A stretch of DNA of 37,129 bases from Barthelona sp. PAP020. Lineage: Eukaryota. The position numbers and the translations under genes are program-made. The stretch covers positions 1-37,129 of the forward strand of contig JARQWU010000080.1 in NCBI GenBank assembly GCA_040182905.1. Reading direction: 5' to 3'. A model generated the notes under the pieces. It saw only the letters and a program-made list of their open reading frames with translations, ran no database searches and was not told the DNA's origin. Positions 10,347-20,340 of this stretch are shown here, piece by piece (the first letter of the stretch is position 1; each line of letters starts with the position of its first letter).

Positions 10347-11027
10347 GTGATAATTTCAATGAAAAAATGGAATATAAAATGAACAGATTTCAAAAATCAA
10401 ATTCACCATTTTAACCCTGCAAATAATGGATAAATATTGCACCAATATATTTTACTGTTAACTTTTTGTCAAAGAAAAACTTTTATGTCTGGTTTGAGTG
10501 TGTCCATTTTTTGCCAAATGAAATTTGTGAGATATGCCGTTAATAGATAATAAAGGTTGTTAAATAAAGTTCAACATTCAATTTGTTAGACAGCTTAGAT
10601 GAAGCAAATAAAGAATGGAATTCTAAACAAATGGAAATTAAAGAAGGTATGTTATTAATCTTCTATTCTTGTTTGTTTGATTTCTTTTATTCAATTTGAA
10701 CATTGATGGGTGTGGTGAAAGTGAGCAAATAGATTGCACAAAGTTCTTTTTCAAGAGTAAAACCTTTATGTTCAAGAAAAATTGTTTGTGTTTATGGGGA
10801 AGAAGAGAAGATGAACTGAAGTTAGTTTTTGTTTTCTTTTTTTATCATTTATCATTTCGTAGTTGGCAAAAATTATCAACTTTGCTAAATCACATGATAC
10901 AACAACAATAAACACGAATTTATAATTTATAAAATATTGAAACAATGCAGTAGATCAGCAATATATTTTCATTTATCACAAAACAGAAAACTTAAACTCA
11001 AAAGAAGCAAAAATATTATTTTTTTGT

Positions 11028-14000
11028 TCAATCAAATGCATCAATGTCAAAAAATACTGGATTTTTAGCTTGTTCTTCATTTGATAATAATTGAAGACCA
11101 TAGACTTCAAAATCGTCATTGTCATTTGATTTATTTCTGCAAACAGTGATAAGAAAAACTGATCCTAAGAAACCAAGAATAAACCCAAAAATGACCAAAG
11201 GTAGGTAAAAAGCACCAGGAATTTGTACCAAATTTGGAGATACAACAATACCATTGTCATTTGAACTGGTGGGTAAAATACAAACGTAAAAGAATAAACC
11301 CTTAGAACTATTGAACTGATGAGAAAACAAATAACTATTTTCAGCATTATAAGAAGGGAATTCTAGTTCTTCTATTGAATTACTCACTGAAATTAAGGCA
11401 TCACCATCAAATTGAAGTTTAAATATAGCAGAACTCGTAACTTTTGTAACATTATAACCAATGATTATAGGAGAAGCATAAGTTCCAGGAAAATAGTTGA
11501 AATTTGTTTCCAAAGAAATTTCTTTCACACTTAAACCTGTAGCAATAGCTTCAATAACATCTATACCTTCAATTTTTAAAAATGCTGCTGCTAAATAACT
11601 TTGCTCTGCATAGCAAAATGTACATTGTTTACTATCAAATATGTTTGAAATCGTATGACAATTTCCAAATTGAACATCATTATAATCTGTCAAATAACTC
11701 TTAAAAATCCCATTTGAACAAGATCTAGTCATAAAATATTGTATAAATATGGGATAGGTTAAAATATCAATATATAATTGCTCATATTCAACCATTATTT
11801 CATAAGATTGTTTTTCATTATAATTTAAATGTAAATCAGTTGAGGATTTTAAAGTAATATTGCTAACAGTAATGACAGAATCAATATTTCCAGAACATTC
11901 AATCCAAACAGATTCATCATTGTCATGAAAATTTATTCGCTCATTTCTCAAAAGAGTTTCTTGATTAATTGTAGAAACACATAAAGGATGTGGATAACTG
12001 TTAAAAGAATACATCAATTCCACACTACCAAATACACCCACACTAAAGGTCCTCAATTCATATTTCATCGAAGATATTGAAGGTAAATATACTGTAAAAT
12101 TCTTCTTACTTTCAATGGTTGTGGTTTGAAAATTCTCATCAAACTTCATAATGTTTCTAAAGGTACTGTAAACATTCACCCCATCCGTTGATTTGATTGA
12201 AGTATATATCATGATGATATCTGTTGAAATACAAGGTGGAAATACATTTTTCCCTTCTGTGATGTTTACATTTAAATATTCAGGTGAATACGGATATTTT
12301 GCAACATATTCTTCTTTTACAGGACTATTTACAGTTAAAAGAGTGATAGCTTCTGATACTTCATAAAAATCAGTAATTATCAATTGTGGTCCATTTGTTA
12401 AAACCAAAGTTTCATCACGCAAATATGTTACAATTGTGGCAGGTAATGTATTGGCATGAAACGTCATATCTACACATGTTGCTGTTTCATAAGGCGATAC
12501 AACAATCAATAATTCATCAACATCAAAGAAATACATGCTTTCATCTTTCATTTCAGGTGTAATAACAAAAGGTCCACTCAATCGATTCTGTTTTGTACCA
12601 TTATAAAACGAAAGCTTTATAGAAGCATTCAAATAAGAAATAACAAACTCAACTGCCAACTTGTCTGCTTGATTTGTATTGGTGTTAATGTTCTCATTGT
12701 CACACAACAATAAGTAATTGCTTTCCTCATCAAAAATATCGTTATGTGAAGAAAATGGTACTTCACTGACAAATTTGGCCAATTGATTGGACAAAAAATT
12801 AACAGTTAAAAATCTAGGAGCCATATCAAATGGTTCAACCAATAAATAGATTTTATTACTCAAAGAAGGTACGTCAATACGTTGACGAACACCAGCAGTC
12901 ATAACTCGGTTGAAATATTGTCCTTTGGTTGAAGCTCCACACCAACCACTTGTTAGTTGTTGAACTGAATTATCAAACAAAGTTAAATCTCCACATCCCA
13001 TTGTAACAAATAAAACAGGAGAAATGTAATGAGAGCTAGTAGTAAACACTAATAATGTTGGCCCAAACACTGATTCATGGAATTTAGCTTCATTTTCATC
13101 ACTAGACAATTGCAAACCACCATTTATGATTTGGATTTGTACCCTAGGATTACCTGAAGTTGAATAATCCCAAGAGCTTGGAGGCCAAATTGATAATAAA
13201 ATACTTTGATCAGGATTATCCAAGACTGAGCATGGAATAATGCTAAATTGAACAATTTCTAACACTTGGTTTGTTCGACTTATTATTCCATTTTCAAAAG
13301 TGAAGATTTCTGCAATAAAAGGATGAAGTTCTGGATATACAGTTAAGTTAACAAAAATGGCATCATGATGTCCGTCAATTTCAGCAAAGTATCCAAAGTG
13401 TTGAGGTATATCAACAAAGGTTGTACCTTCAGGAATAATAACACTTCTTTGATATATTAGATCTACGTGTAAATCACATTCAGTATCAATGGAACCAAAT
13501 AATGCAGTTTCACGATATTTAAAATCAATTTCAATCAAAGGATCAGTCAAAGGATCGGTAGTTGTAACAATCACATCATTTTCCATAATGTAAATGTTGT
13601 TTGGATCTCTGTTGTAATTGGATGGAATATTGTACATTCTAAATAATCCCAAATTTGATTCATTTTCATCAAACACCAAATTGGTTAACAACACTACAAA
13701 CTGTTCCTGATGGGTCAAATGAACATCCAAAGAATGTGTTGTTGAAACATAATGTGAATCTCTAAATAGAAACAAAGTTTGTGCACCAGCATAATCATTT
13801 GTTTCAATCATAATCAAATTTGCATGTCCTATATCAATTAAGCGTCTGGTTGGTTTATTGATTATGTCATAAATAATATTATTAACGTTTGCATTGTTGT
13901 CATTTTCAAAGGTAGCAACTTTTTTAATGCCTGAACTATTGGAATTAATGAAGATACATAAATTTTCGCTTGTTTGAGGCAATGTGAAAACAGATAAAGC

Positions 14001-17000
14001 ACTATTAGTCAAAACTACACTGGATTCACTTTCTAAAGCAGTTGCGACATTTTTTAATCGGTAATTTTGGAACAAAATTTTGGAAGTTTTTTCCGTTTTT
14101 AAAGTAATGTAAGCATTTTTAGAAGTATCACCCACACTGCCATCAATATCAATAATATCATTACTTGAAATTGCATGTAAAGATGGCGTACAATCAGAAC
14201 AATATGTTTTATCATTTGAAAGAATCATACCTTTACCACCAATCATACATTCTATTTGACTGTTTTCTTGAAAGACAAAGCTTAATTCTAGATGCATGGA
14301 TATAGCTAAACTTGTCAATGGAACAATGAAAAAATTAAATCCTGGTTGTAATTTCAATCCATTTGATAAAATCCTCGCATAAACCAACGAGATACTCAAT
14401 TCAATCTTTTTCGAAGTATTAGCAATTAAAAACATGGAATTACTTGAATATGAACATGAAGGAATTAATGAATCAATAATGTTAACAACCACTTTGTGTT
14501 GTTCAGCAGTAATTGCCGTTAACTCCACATCAGTATCAATTGAAGAAAAATATAGACTTTGATCAAGATTTTCTTCAAAATCATTACTGAAACGTAATTC
14601 AATACAATGTAAAACGGCTGAATCAACAGCAGGAAACGTCAATAAATTGTAATTTGGAAAATCAATAACACTTTTGGAAACACTATAAACTTCAAATTGA
14701 ACAGCTGTTTCTATTTCTGTATTTAAACGACTTAACAATATGATAAAATGAGGGGTATATGAAAAGAAATGAAAAATGAATTCAGATTCAGTAATTTCAA
14801 CTTTAACATCATATGCGCTTCCAGTCAAGGTTTCCAGATAAACACCATTACCAAATGTCTTAACTTTCAATGCAAAACTTTGAAACGTTTCAATAAAAGA
14901 ATATCCTTCCAAATTCATAACACTGTAATCAAATAAAGGTGTCACATAATACTTATCAGAGGGTCTTATATGATTTTCATAAAGTTTAGTAATATTCAAA
15001 GAAATGCTTGTTGGAGACTTTGTATCAACAATAAATATTGTTATAATAATCATTGAATCATAATGAGAAGACAATAATATAACTTCAACTCCATTATCTG
15101 TTTGAGGATTTGCAATATAATGATTGTCAAGGGCACAATCTTCCTTCACAATACACGGTAACTCTTGACTGTATATTTCGATTGTAGAATTTGTTCTAAT
15201 ATCAGCTATCAAAGAATTATACACAGAATTTACAGATTTATACACGAGAAAAGTGTCTTTTGAAATTACTACATCAATTTTGTCATTGACAATATCAATG
15301 AATTCCAATTTCTTGATATCCATGTGAAAGTTTGCATTGATACACTGCAATGTTAAATAGAAATCCACATTCTCTTCAAATTCAATCATCTTTTCAACTT
15401 CATTATCAAACTCATAAACAATCATTTGTAATTCACTTGTTAAATATGATCCTGTCATATTACAACGGCTATTAGCGTACAATTTCAACAAATAAAAACC
15501 AACCCCAAATTCACGTTTCACAACTTTCTGCCCAACAACTGGAATAGCAATATCATCTTCATAAACAATAATATCTGCTGAATCGACTCGCTTTAAATCA
15601 GTTTGAACAGAAATTAATCTTTGTGCCTCCAAACGAATCTTAGCAAAATCAGGAACGAAAAACTGTATTACCGTTCCTGAAACTTTGGTATTTTCCCCAA
15701 TGCTAAACTTATAATCACTAGATAATTCAAGTAAAGATTGAGATGCAATGAACAATATCGTTTCAGATCTAGACAAATAATATGAAGATTTATCAATAGG
15801 TATTACGGGATTCAGTACAATAGAGGTGACAGAAGTTGATTCAATCACCATATATTCATTTGTATTCAAAATAACACCATCAACAATACCATCACCAATC
15901 AGATCAAAATTGTGATCAAATATGTATAATTGAGATGAAGATCCAATTGTAAATTGAAGGTATTGTTTGGATTGAATGACACAAGGACCATGAATTTCAT
16001 CCCCCCAATACATATCATACACAGGTAAAGGATTGAAGTGAAATGTTCCTTGTTCAACGTAAATAATTGGTTGATTCTTAATAACAGGAAGCAAATCAAG
16101 TTGTGAACCATCTAATTCAACCATCTGATTGTTCAAAACAATAAGTAATGAACAAGTTTCAGAAGAAATACATTTAAATGCTACGATTCCATCAAATAAT
16201 GCAGTAACAATTGAATTTGTTGAAATATCCAAAGGTTTAAAAAGTTCAACAGTAACTTCTTGTTGATTGGAAGTAAAATATCCATTACATGATTGCTTAA
16301 CATTTGAAGTTGGTTCAATAACAAAAACAATATCTAACATATCCTCAAAATGAAAATCATGACCAAATTGATCAGTATCTTGGTACAAATATTGAAAAGA
16401 ACCTTCAATAATAGCTCCAAATCTAGTACTTGTCGAACAACTACTAAATAAAACCACATCAAAAATAGCATTGTCTAAATATCCAGATGTTCTTCCAGAA
16501 AATTCAAAATTAACATTTTTTTCAAAACTTTGAAGCGAATTTTGCTGTAATTTCAATTCAGTAACACTATTTACGGAAACCCATACCATTTGTTTTGTAA
16601 CTTCAAAATCAGGAATATAACAATCGTAATCACATTGATATCCACTGAAAGAATTTGGCAAAATCGTTTTTATTTCATTTGTAGATTGATTAAAATGTAA
16701 CACAACTTTAACATTTGATAGTAATCGTTGTTTGACGACATTTGAGGGATATAATGTGGTGAGATAAATAAAACCACTTTCATACAATGTTAATGGGTTG
16801 TCTTCAGACAATTCAGGAACAGTTGCCACTGATTGTTTCAATGATACTGCACCTTGTTTTGAATTTGAAACAAGAATATATAATGATTGTTCGGGTGGCA
16901 CTAATAAAGAAGTTATTCCATCAATAATGACATTTTCATAAGCGTATTGAACTGTGAAACCAGTAACACTGTATTTAATTCCTTCAATAGTTTGTTTAAC

Positions 17001-18743
17001 TATAAAGAGACCATATTTATCACTGATACTCGTTGGATTAATAACAACATCAAATATATTGATCTGAATATTGATCAAAAGTCCACAATATTGACGTAAT
17101 ATTTTTACAGTTAAATCTTCAGTTTCATTGTTAACAAATAAACCTTTTTTCAAAATAATCCCGTTAACATCAACAAAATCTGAAGTGATTATCTTCATAA
17201 CTTGATTTTTCTTTAATTTTAGATTGTATCCAGTTTCTTCAATTTTGCCTTGAAAATCAGTAACATCATCACCAATATAAGTAGTACTAAAATAATCAAT
17301 ACAATACCTTGTGGTGCTAATTTGATCAATAAAACTTTGGAAAAAATCAATGTCGGTCAAAACTTTAGTATATCCAATAAATTTGGCTTCAAATGTTTCC
17401 AAATCATCATTTAAACACACAATACTAATTATTTTTGGTTTTGTATTGATAAAGTCACTATGAATAAACCCATTTTCAATCAATTCATTGAAAGCATTGA
17501 TATTATCTTGATAATTAATGTTTTGTAACACATAAAGAGAACTTAATGGTGGTAAAACTCCATATATATCATTAATAGTAATCATTTTGGTTTCTAAAGG
17601 TTTCAGAATTCTGCTAGAATTCATTAAAAATACTCCTTCAACATCCTTATCCAAAGATATTTTTTCTAAAATTACAGGAAACAAATCAATAATTGCTGAA
17701 GCAATGTCGGAAACTGATAAATAATTGTTTATACATCCAATTACCTTTTCTAAATCCAAATCAATGATAGCATCCTTCAAATATGTACGTATCTTTTTTG
17801 CATTCTCATCATTCTGCACTAAATTTTCAATATCTTCATTCAAAAATGAACTCAACTTCACATTCGAAGTGGGTATTGATTCAGTACTTAAAGTACTCAA
17901 TATATAACCTCCTAATGTATGAGTAACAATCGATACATTCAAAATTTGAAAACTTTCAAAATTATTACTTGAAGAGACATATAGAACATTTCCCTTATGA
18001 TCAATCATATTGTCAACCTCTTCATTTGTCAAAATAATCACAGGTTTTACTTGATATTTTTTTGAAAAAAAATCAATAATCCGCTTAGCCCATGACCCTT
18101 GTAAATCCATTTGTAACATTAAAATGATAACATCATGTTCCTCAATATTTCGGATACTAATTTCTTCCATCAAACTATCAATAGGATCAACAATATCAAC
18201 ATAGGATTGTGTAATATTGTCAATAAAACCAAAAACTAATGCTTTTTTATCATTTTTTAAACTCAAAGAACGATAATTTGAACCATAATTTCCAACATTG
18301 GTCAGAACATTACGCATTCTATCTTCAGTACTCCAAGAACATGTTTCTCCAAATAAACACTTCATAGCGCTTTCAGACATAATATCTTCCTTTCCCAAAC
18401 ACAAAGAATCAAATCCAAATTGATTTAATACTTCAAACATATATTTTCCTATCGGATCAGATAAATCAGAAAAAGCTGATCCATAAATATTATTTCCAAT
18501 ATTAAATGAAAAACTATTAACATTTGGATTATTGTTTAACAAATTTTCTTGATATTTATTGATAAACGCATAATAATGTGACAAATCAGAATCCAAGTCC
18601 AAATCAGTACTAACAATATTATCATGAGTTCCCAACCCATAACCATGTATATTTCCACTAAACAATATCGAAATATCAATGTTCTCTGAAAATACTTTGG
18701 AAAAAAATGCTATCAAACAAAGTAAACATAAATATACATTCAT
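11028..18743 (-). CDS. Giant type I membrane/surface protein with an N-terminal 5'-nucleotidase-like (calcineurin-like metallophosphoesterase) domain, probably inactive
   Basis: Signal peptide (MNVYLCLLCLIAFFSKVFS). ILFSGNIHG, IGNNIYGSAFSD and FDSLCLGKED align with the DxH, GD and GNH(E) motifs, and ITINDIYGVLP resembles the 5'-nucleotidase C-terminal domain. A long beta-rich-looking ectodomain ends in a single TM helix (FYLPLVIFGFILGFLGSVFLITVC) and a short acidic tail. Confidence 0.75.
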   Translation of the reverse strand: MNVYLCLLCLIAFFSKVFSENIDISILFSGNIHGYGLGTHDNIVSTDLDLDSDLSHYYAFINKYQENLLNNNPNVNSFSFNIGNNIYGSAFSDLSDPIGKYMFEVLNQFGFDSLCLGKEDIMSESAMKCLFGETCSWSTEDRMRNVLTNVGNYGSNYRSLSLKNDKKALVFGFIDNITQSYVDIVDPIDSLMEEISIRNIEEHDVIILMLQMDLQGSWAKRIIDFFSKKYQVKPVIILTNEEVDNMIDHKGNVLYVSSSNNFESFQILNVSIVTHTLGGYILSTLSTESIPTSNVKLSSFLNEDIENLVQNDENAKKIRTYLKDAIIDLDLEKVIGCINNYLSVSDIASAIIDLFPVILEKISLDKDVEGVFLMNSSRILKPLETKMITINDIYGVLPPLSSLYVLQNINYQDNINAFNELIENGFIHSDFINTKPKIISIVCLNDDLETFEAKFIGYTKVLTDIDFFQSFIDQISTTRYCIDYFSTTYIGDDVTDFQGKIEETGYNLKLKKNQVMKIITSDFVDVNGIILKKGLFVNNETEDLTVKILRQYCGLLINIQINIFDVVINPTSISDKYGLFIVKQTIEGIKYSVTGFTVQYAYENVIIDGITSLLVPPEQSLYILVSNSKQGAVSLKQSVATVPELSEDNPLTLYESGFIYLTTLYPSNVVKQRLLSNVKVVLHFNQSTNEIKTILPNSFSGYQCDYDCYIPDFEVTKQMVWVSVNSVTELKLQQNSLQSFEKNVNFEFSGRTSGYLDNAIFDVVLFSSCSTSTRFGAIIEGSFQYLYQDTDQFGHDFHFEDMLDIVFVIEPTSNVKQSCNGYFTSNQQEVTVELFKPLDISTNSIVTALFDGIVAFKCISSETCSLLIVLNNQMVELDGSQLDLLPVIKNQPIIYVEQGTFHFNPLPVYDMYWGDEIHGPCVIQSKQYLQFTIGSSSQLYIFDHNFDLIGDGIVDGVILNTNEYMVIESTSVTSIVLNPVIPIDKSSYYLSRSETILFIASQSLLELSSDYKFSIGENTKVSGTVIQFFVPDFAKIRLEAQRLISVQTDLKRVDSADIIVYEDDIAIPVVGQKVVKREFGVGFYLLKLYANSRCNMTGSYLTSELQMIVYEFDNEVEKMIEFEENVDFYLTLQCINANFHMDIKKLEFIDIVNDKIDVVISKDTFLVYKSVNSVYNSLIADIRTNSTIEIYSQELPCIVKEDCALDNHYIANPQTDNGVEVILLSSHYDSMIIITIFIVDTKSPTSISLNITKLYENHIRPSDKYYVTPLFDYSVMNLEGYSFIETFQSFALKVKTFGNGVYLETLTGSAYDVKVEITESEFIFHFFSYTPHFIILLSRLNTEIETAVQFEVYSVSKSVIDFPNYNLLTFPAVDSAVLHCIELRFSNDFEENLDQSLYFSSIDTDVELTAITAEQHKVVVNIIDSLIPSCSYSSNSMFLIANTSKKIELSISLVYARILSNGLKLQPGFNFFIVPLTSLAISMHLELSFVFQENSQIECMIGGKGMILSNDKTYCSDCTPSLHAISSNDIIDIDGSVGDTSKNAYITLKTEKTSKILFQNYRLKNVATALESESSVVLTNSALSVFTLPQTSENLCIFINSNSSGIKKVATFENDNNANVNNIIYDIINKPTRRLIDIGHANLIMIETNDYAGAQTLFLFRDSHYVSTTHSLDVHLTHQEQFVVLLTNLVFDENESNLGLFRMYNIPSNYNRDPNNIYIMENDVIVTTTDPLTDPLIEIDFKYRETALFGSIDTECDLHVDLIYQRSVIIPEGTTFVDIPQHFGYFAEIDGHHDAIFVNLTVYPELHPFIAEIFTFENGIISRTNQVLEIVQFSIIPCSVLDNPDQSILLSIWPPSSWDYSTSGNPRVQIQIINGGLQLSSDENEAKFHESVFGPTLLVFTTSSHYISPVLFVTMGCGDLTLFDNSVQQLTSGWCGASTKGQYFNRVMTAGVRQRIDVPSLSNKIYLLVEPFDMAPRFLTVNFLSNQLAKFVSEVPFSSHNDIFDEESNYLLLCDNENINTNTNQADKLAVEFVISYLNASIKLSFYNGTKQNRLSGPFVITPEMKDESMYFFDVDELLIVVSPYETATCVDMTFHANTLPATIVTYLRDETLVLTNGPQLIITDFYEVSEAITLLTVNSPVKEEYVAKYPYSPEYLNVNITEGKNVFPPCISTDIIMIYTSIKSTDGVNVYSTFRNIMKFDENFQTTTIESKKNFTVYLPSISSMKYELRTFSVGVFGSVELMYSFNSYPHPLCVSTINQETLLRNERINFHDNDESVWIECSGNIDSVITVSNITLKSSTDLHLNYNEKQSYEIMVEYEQLYIDILTYPIFIQYFMTRSCSNGIFKSYLTDYNDVQFGNCHTISNIFDSKQCTFCYAEQSYLAAAFLKIEGIDVIEAIATGLSVKEISLETNFNYFPGTYASPIIIGYNVTKVTSSAIFKLQFDGDALISVSNSIEELEFPSYNAENSYLFSHQFNSSKGLFFYVCILPTSSNDNGIVVSPNLVQIPGAFYLPLVIFGFILGFLGSVFLITVCRNKSNDNDDFEVYGLQLLSNEEQAKNPVFFDIDAFD

Positions 18744-18767
18744 AATAGCATTGATATGAATAGAAAA

Positions 18768-18777
18768 ATGGCAAAAT
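18768..18777 (-). promoter_or_regulatory. Candidate upstream element ATTTTGCCAT at -34..-25 of the surface-protein ATG
   Basis: The same 10-mer occurs at the same offset upstream of the DEK1-like gene (33494-33503). Confidence 0.35.
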
Positions 18778-18945
18778 TAATAAAAATAAGAAAACAGTTT
18801 TCTTCCTTGCTTTCACAAAGAAAATCAACATGTTCAATCATTTTAACATATTAAAAAGAAATAACAAAATGATATATTGAAAAATTTATTATTGAGACCG
18901 AACTTTCAAAAAAAAACCTAATAACAAGAGAAAATCAAATCACTC

Positions 18946-19962
18946 CTATCTACTTTTATATTCGCAAGCTTTTAAAAATAGTTTCTGTTTTGCCTTGTTA
19001 ATTGCAGAAACACTTGGAGAATATTGTTTTTCACTGAAAAATATAGTGAAAAAGCTATATAAATCTTTTTTTGACATTATTCTAAACCCAAACAATCTCA
19101 ATGCATGAACAAAATCTCCAATAGACTCAAATCGAGAGTTAACTTCAGCAACAATTAATCGACCATCCCTTTTCAAAATGCGTGAAGCCTCCAAAAGAAA
19201 ATCTGATAGATTAGTTCCCATTAGAGACAAACAAAAAACAACAACATCACAAGAATTATCTTCTAAAGGCACATGAGCCATATCACATGCAGTTACGGTA
19301 TCATTAACAGCAACAAAATCAAAGCTGTGCACTTTTTCCACATTGCTTGAAATAGTTTTAGACAATCTAGCCTCACCACATCCCATATCAGCCACAATAA
19401 GATTTCTATTGGTTTGTGCCAACTCATTTATAAATTCTATTATTTTATCCAAAGGATGAGCTGGCCATTTAGCACTCTGTAAGGCAAATCCTTCATGATA
19501 ATCAAAAAACTTTTGAGAATCCTTAAATTTCTGGAACGAAACATTTGATGGATTATTATAAAGATCATCATTCAATTTTCTAAACCTTCCTCCACGCAAC
19601 CTTTCGTCAATTTCTGCCAATTTCTTAGATTTTGGCTTATCTCTTATGATTCTTTTATTTGCAACAGGGGTTGAAATATCAACAGATGGTACAACAACAT
19701 TTTTATCTTCTATTTGTTGTTCTTCATCATTGATGACAGGTTCTCTTTTTGTAAAGACATCTTGTTCTTTTTCCAATTTTTCAACAACAACATTTTCATT
19801 CTTGTTTGCTTCAACTTTCTTATTTTTGCCTTTCTTGTTCTTTTTCTTTTTTATTTCCGTCTTTGGTTTTTTTTTCTCTTCACTAATGTTTAAATTGGCT
19901 TTAAATAGTCCACCGTATAAATCGTCGCCACCAAAAACATCATCAGTTGCTTCAAAAGACAT
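18946..19962 (-). CDS. RRP8: Ribosomal RNA-processing protein 8 (rRNA m1A methyltransferase, nucleomethylin family)
   Basis: RLRGGRFRKLNDDLY, YHEGF..Q..KWP.HP, VADMGCGEA, VHSFDFVA, ACDMAHVPL, VFCLSLMGTN, AEVNSRF and C-terminal LKACEYKSR. Confidence 0.95.
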   Translation of the reverse strand: MSFEATDDVFGGDDLYGGLFKANLNISEEKKKPKTEIKKKKNKKGKNKKVEANKNENVVVEKLEKEQDVFTKREPVINDEEQQIEDKNVVVPSVDISTPVANKRIIRDKPKSKKLAEIDERLRGGRFRKLNDDLYNNPSNVSFQKFKDSQKFFDYHEGFALQSAKWPAHPLDKIIEFINELAQTNRNLIVADMGCGEARLSKTISSNVEKVHSFDFVAVNDTVTACDMAHVPLEDNSCDVVVFCLSLMGTNLSDFLLEASRILKRDGRLIVAEVNSRFESIGDFVHALRLFGFRIMSKKDLYSFFTIFFSEKQYSPSVSAINKAKQKLFLKACEYKSR

Positions 19963-20124
19963 TTTGTAGGAAAAAAAAATTCAATGAGTTGAAAAGTTTC
20001 GATCCAAATTCCAACCATTGGGGGCCATTTATTTGTTCCATCAAAATCTTTTCATTTAACTAAAACAGTTTTTTATAAATTGATTATTGGTTGAAACAAT
20101 TCTGTTTGAGAGAATTTTGTTTTC

Positions 20125-20260
20125 TACTTACCACCCATTAGTTGTAAAACTATCTGAGGTTAACTTAAATCTTCCTCGTTACAGAGAAAGAGGAATTATC
20201 ATGGATCTTGAATGATTGGTGTCATCTGCTGTCTTTTTATCTTTCAAACAAATAGCTGGA
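20125..20260 (+). ncRNA. Candidate structured RNA with a U1-like 5' end and three-hairpin junction
   Basis: TACTTACC followed by three short hairpins that can be closed by CACC/GGTG. No canonical Sm site. Confidence 0.2.
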
Positions 20261-20340
20261 AAATACATTCGCTTGGAAAGGTTATAAGAGAAAAATAAAT
20301 GAATAATGAATAAATAACATTTACAAACCTAAAAATTAAA

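Noticed and set aside
20012..20030. CAACCATTGGGGGCCATTT resembling RNase MRP CR-V
   Set aside because: I found no matching CR-I/P4 partner, and the upstream sequence is the RRP8 coding region.
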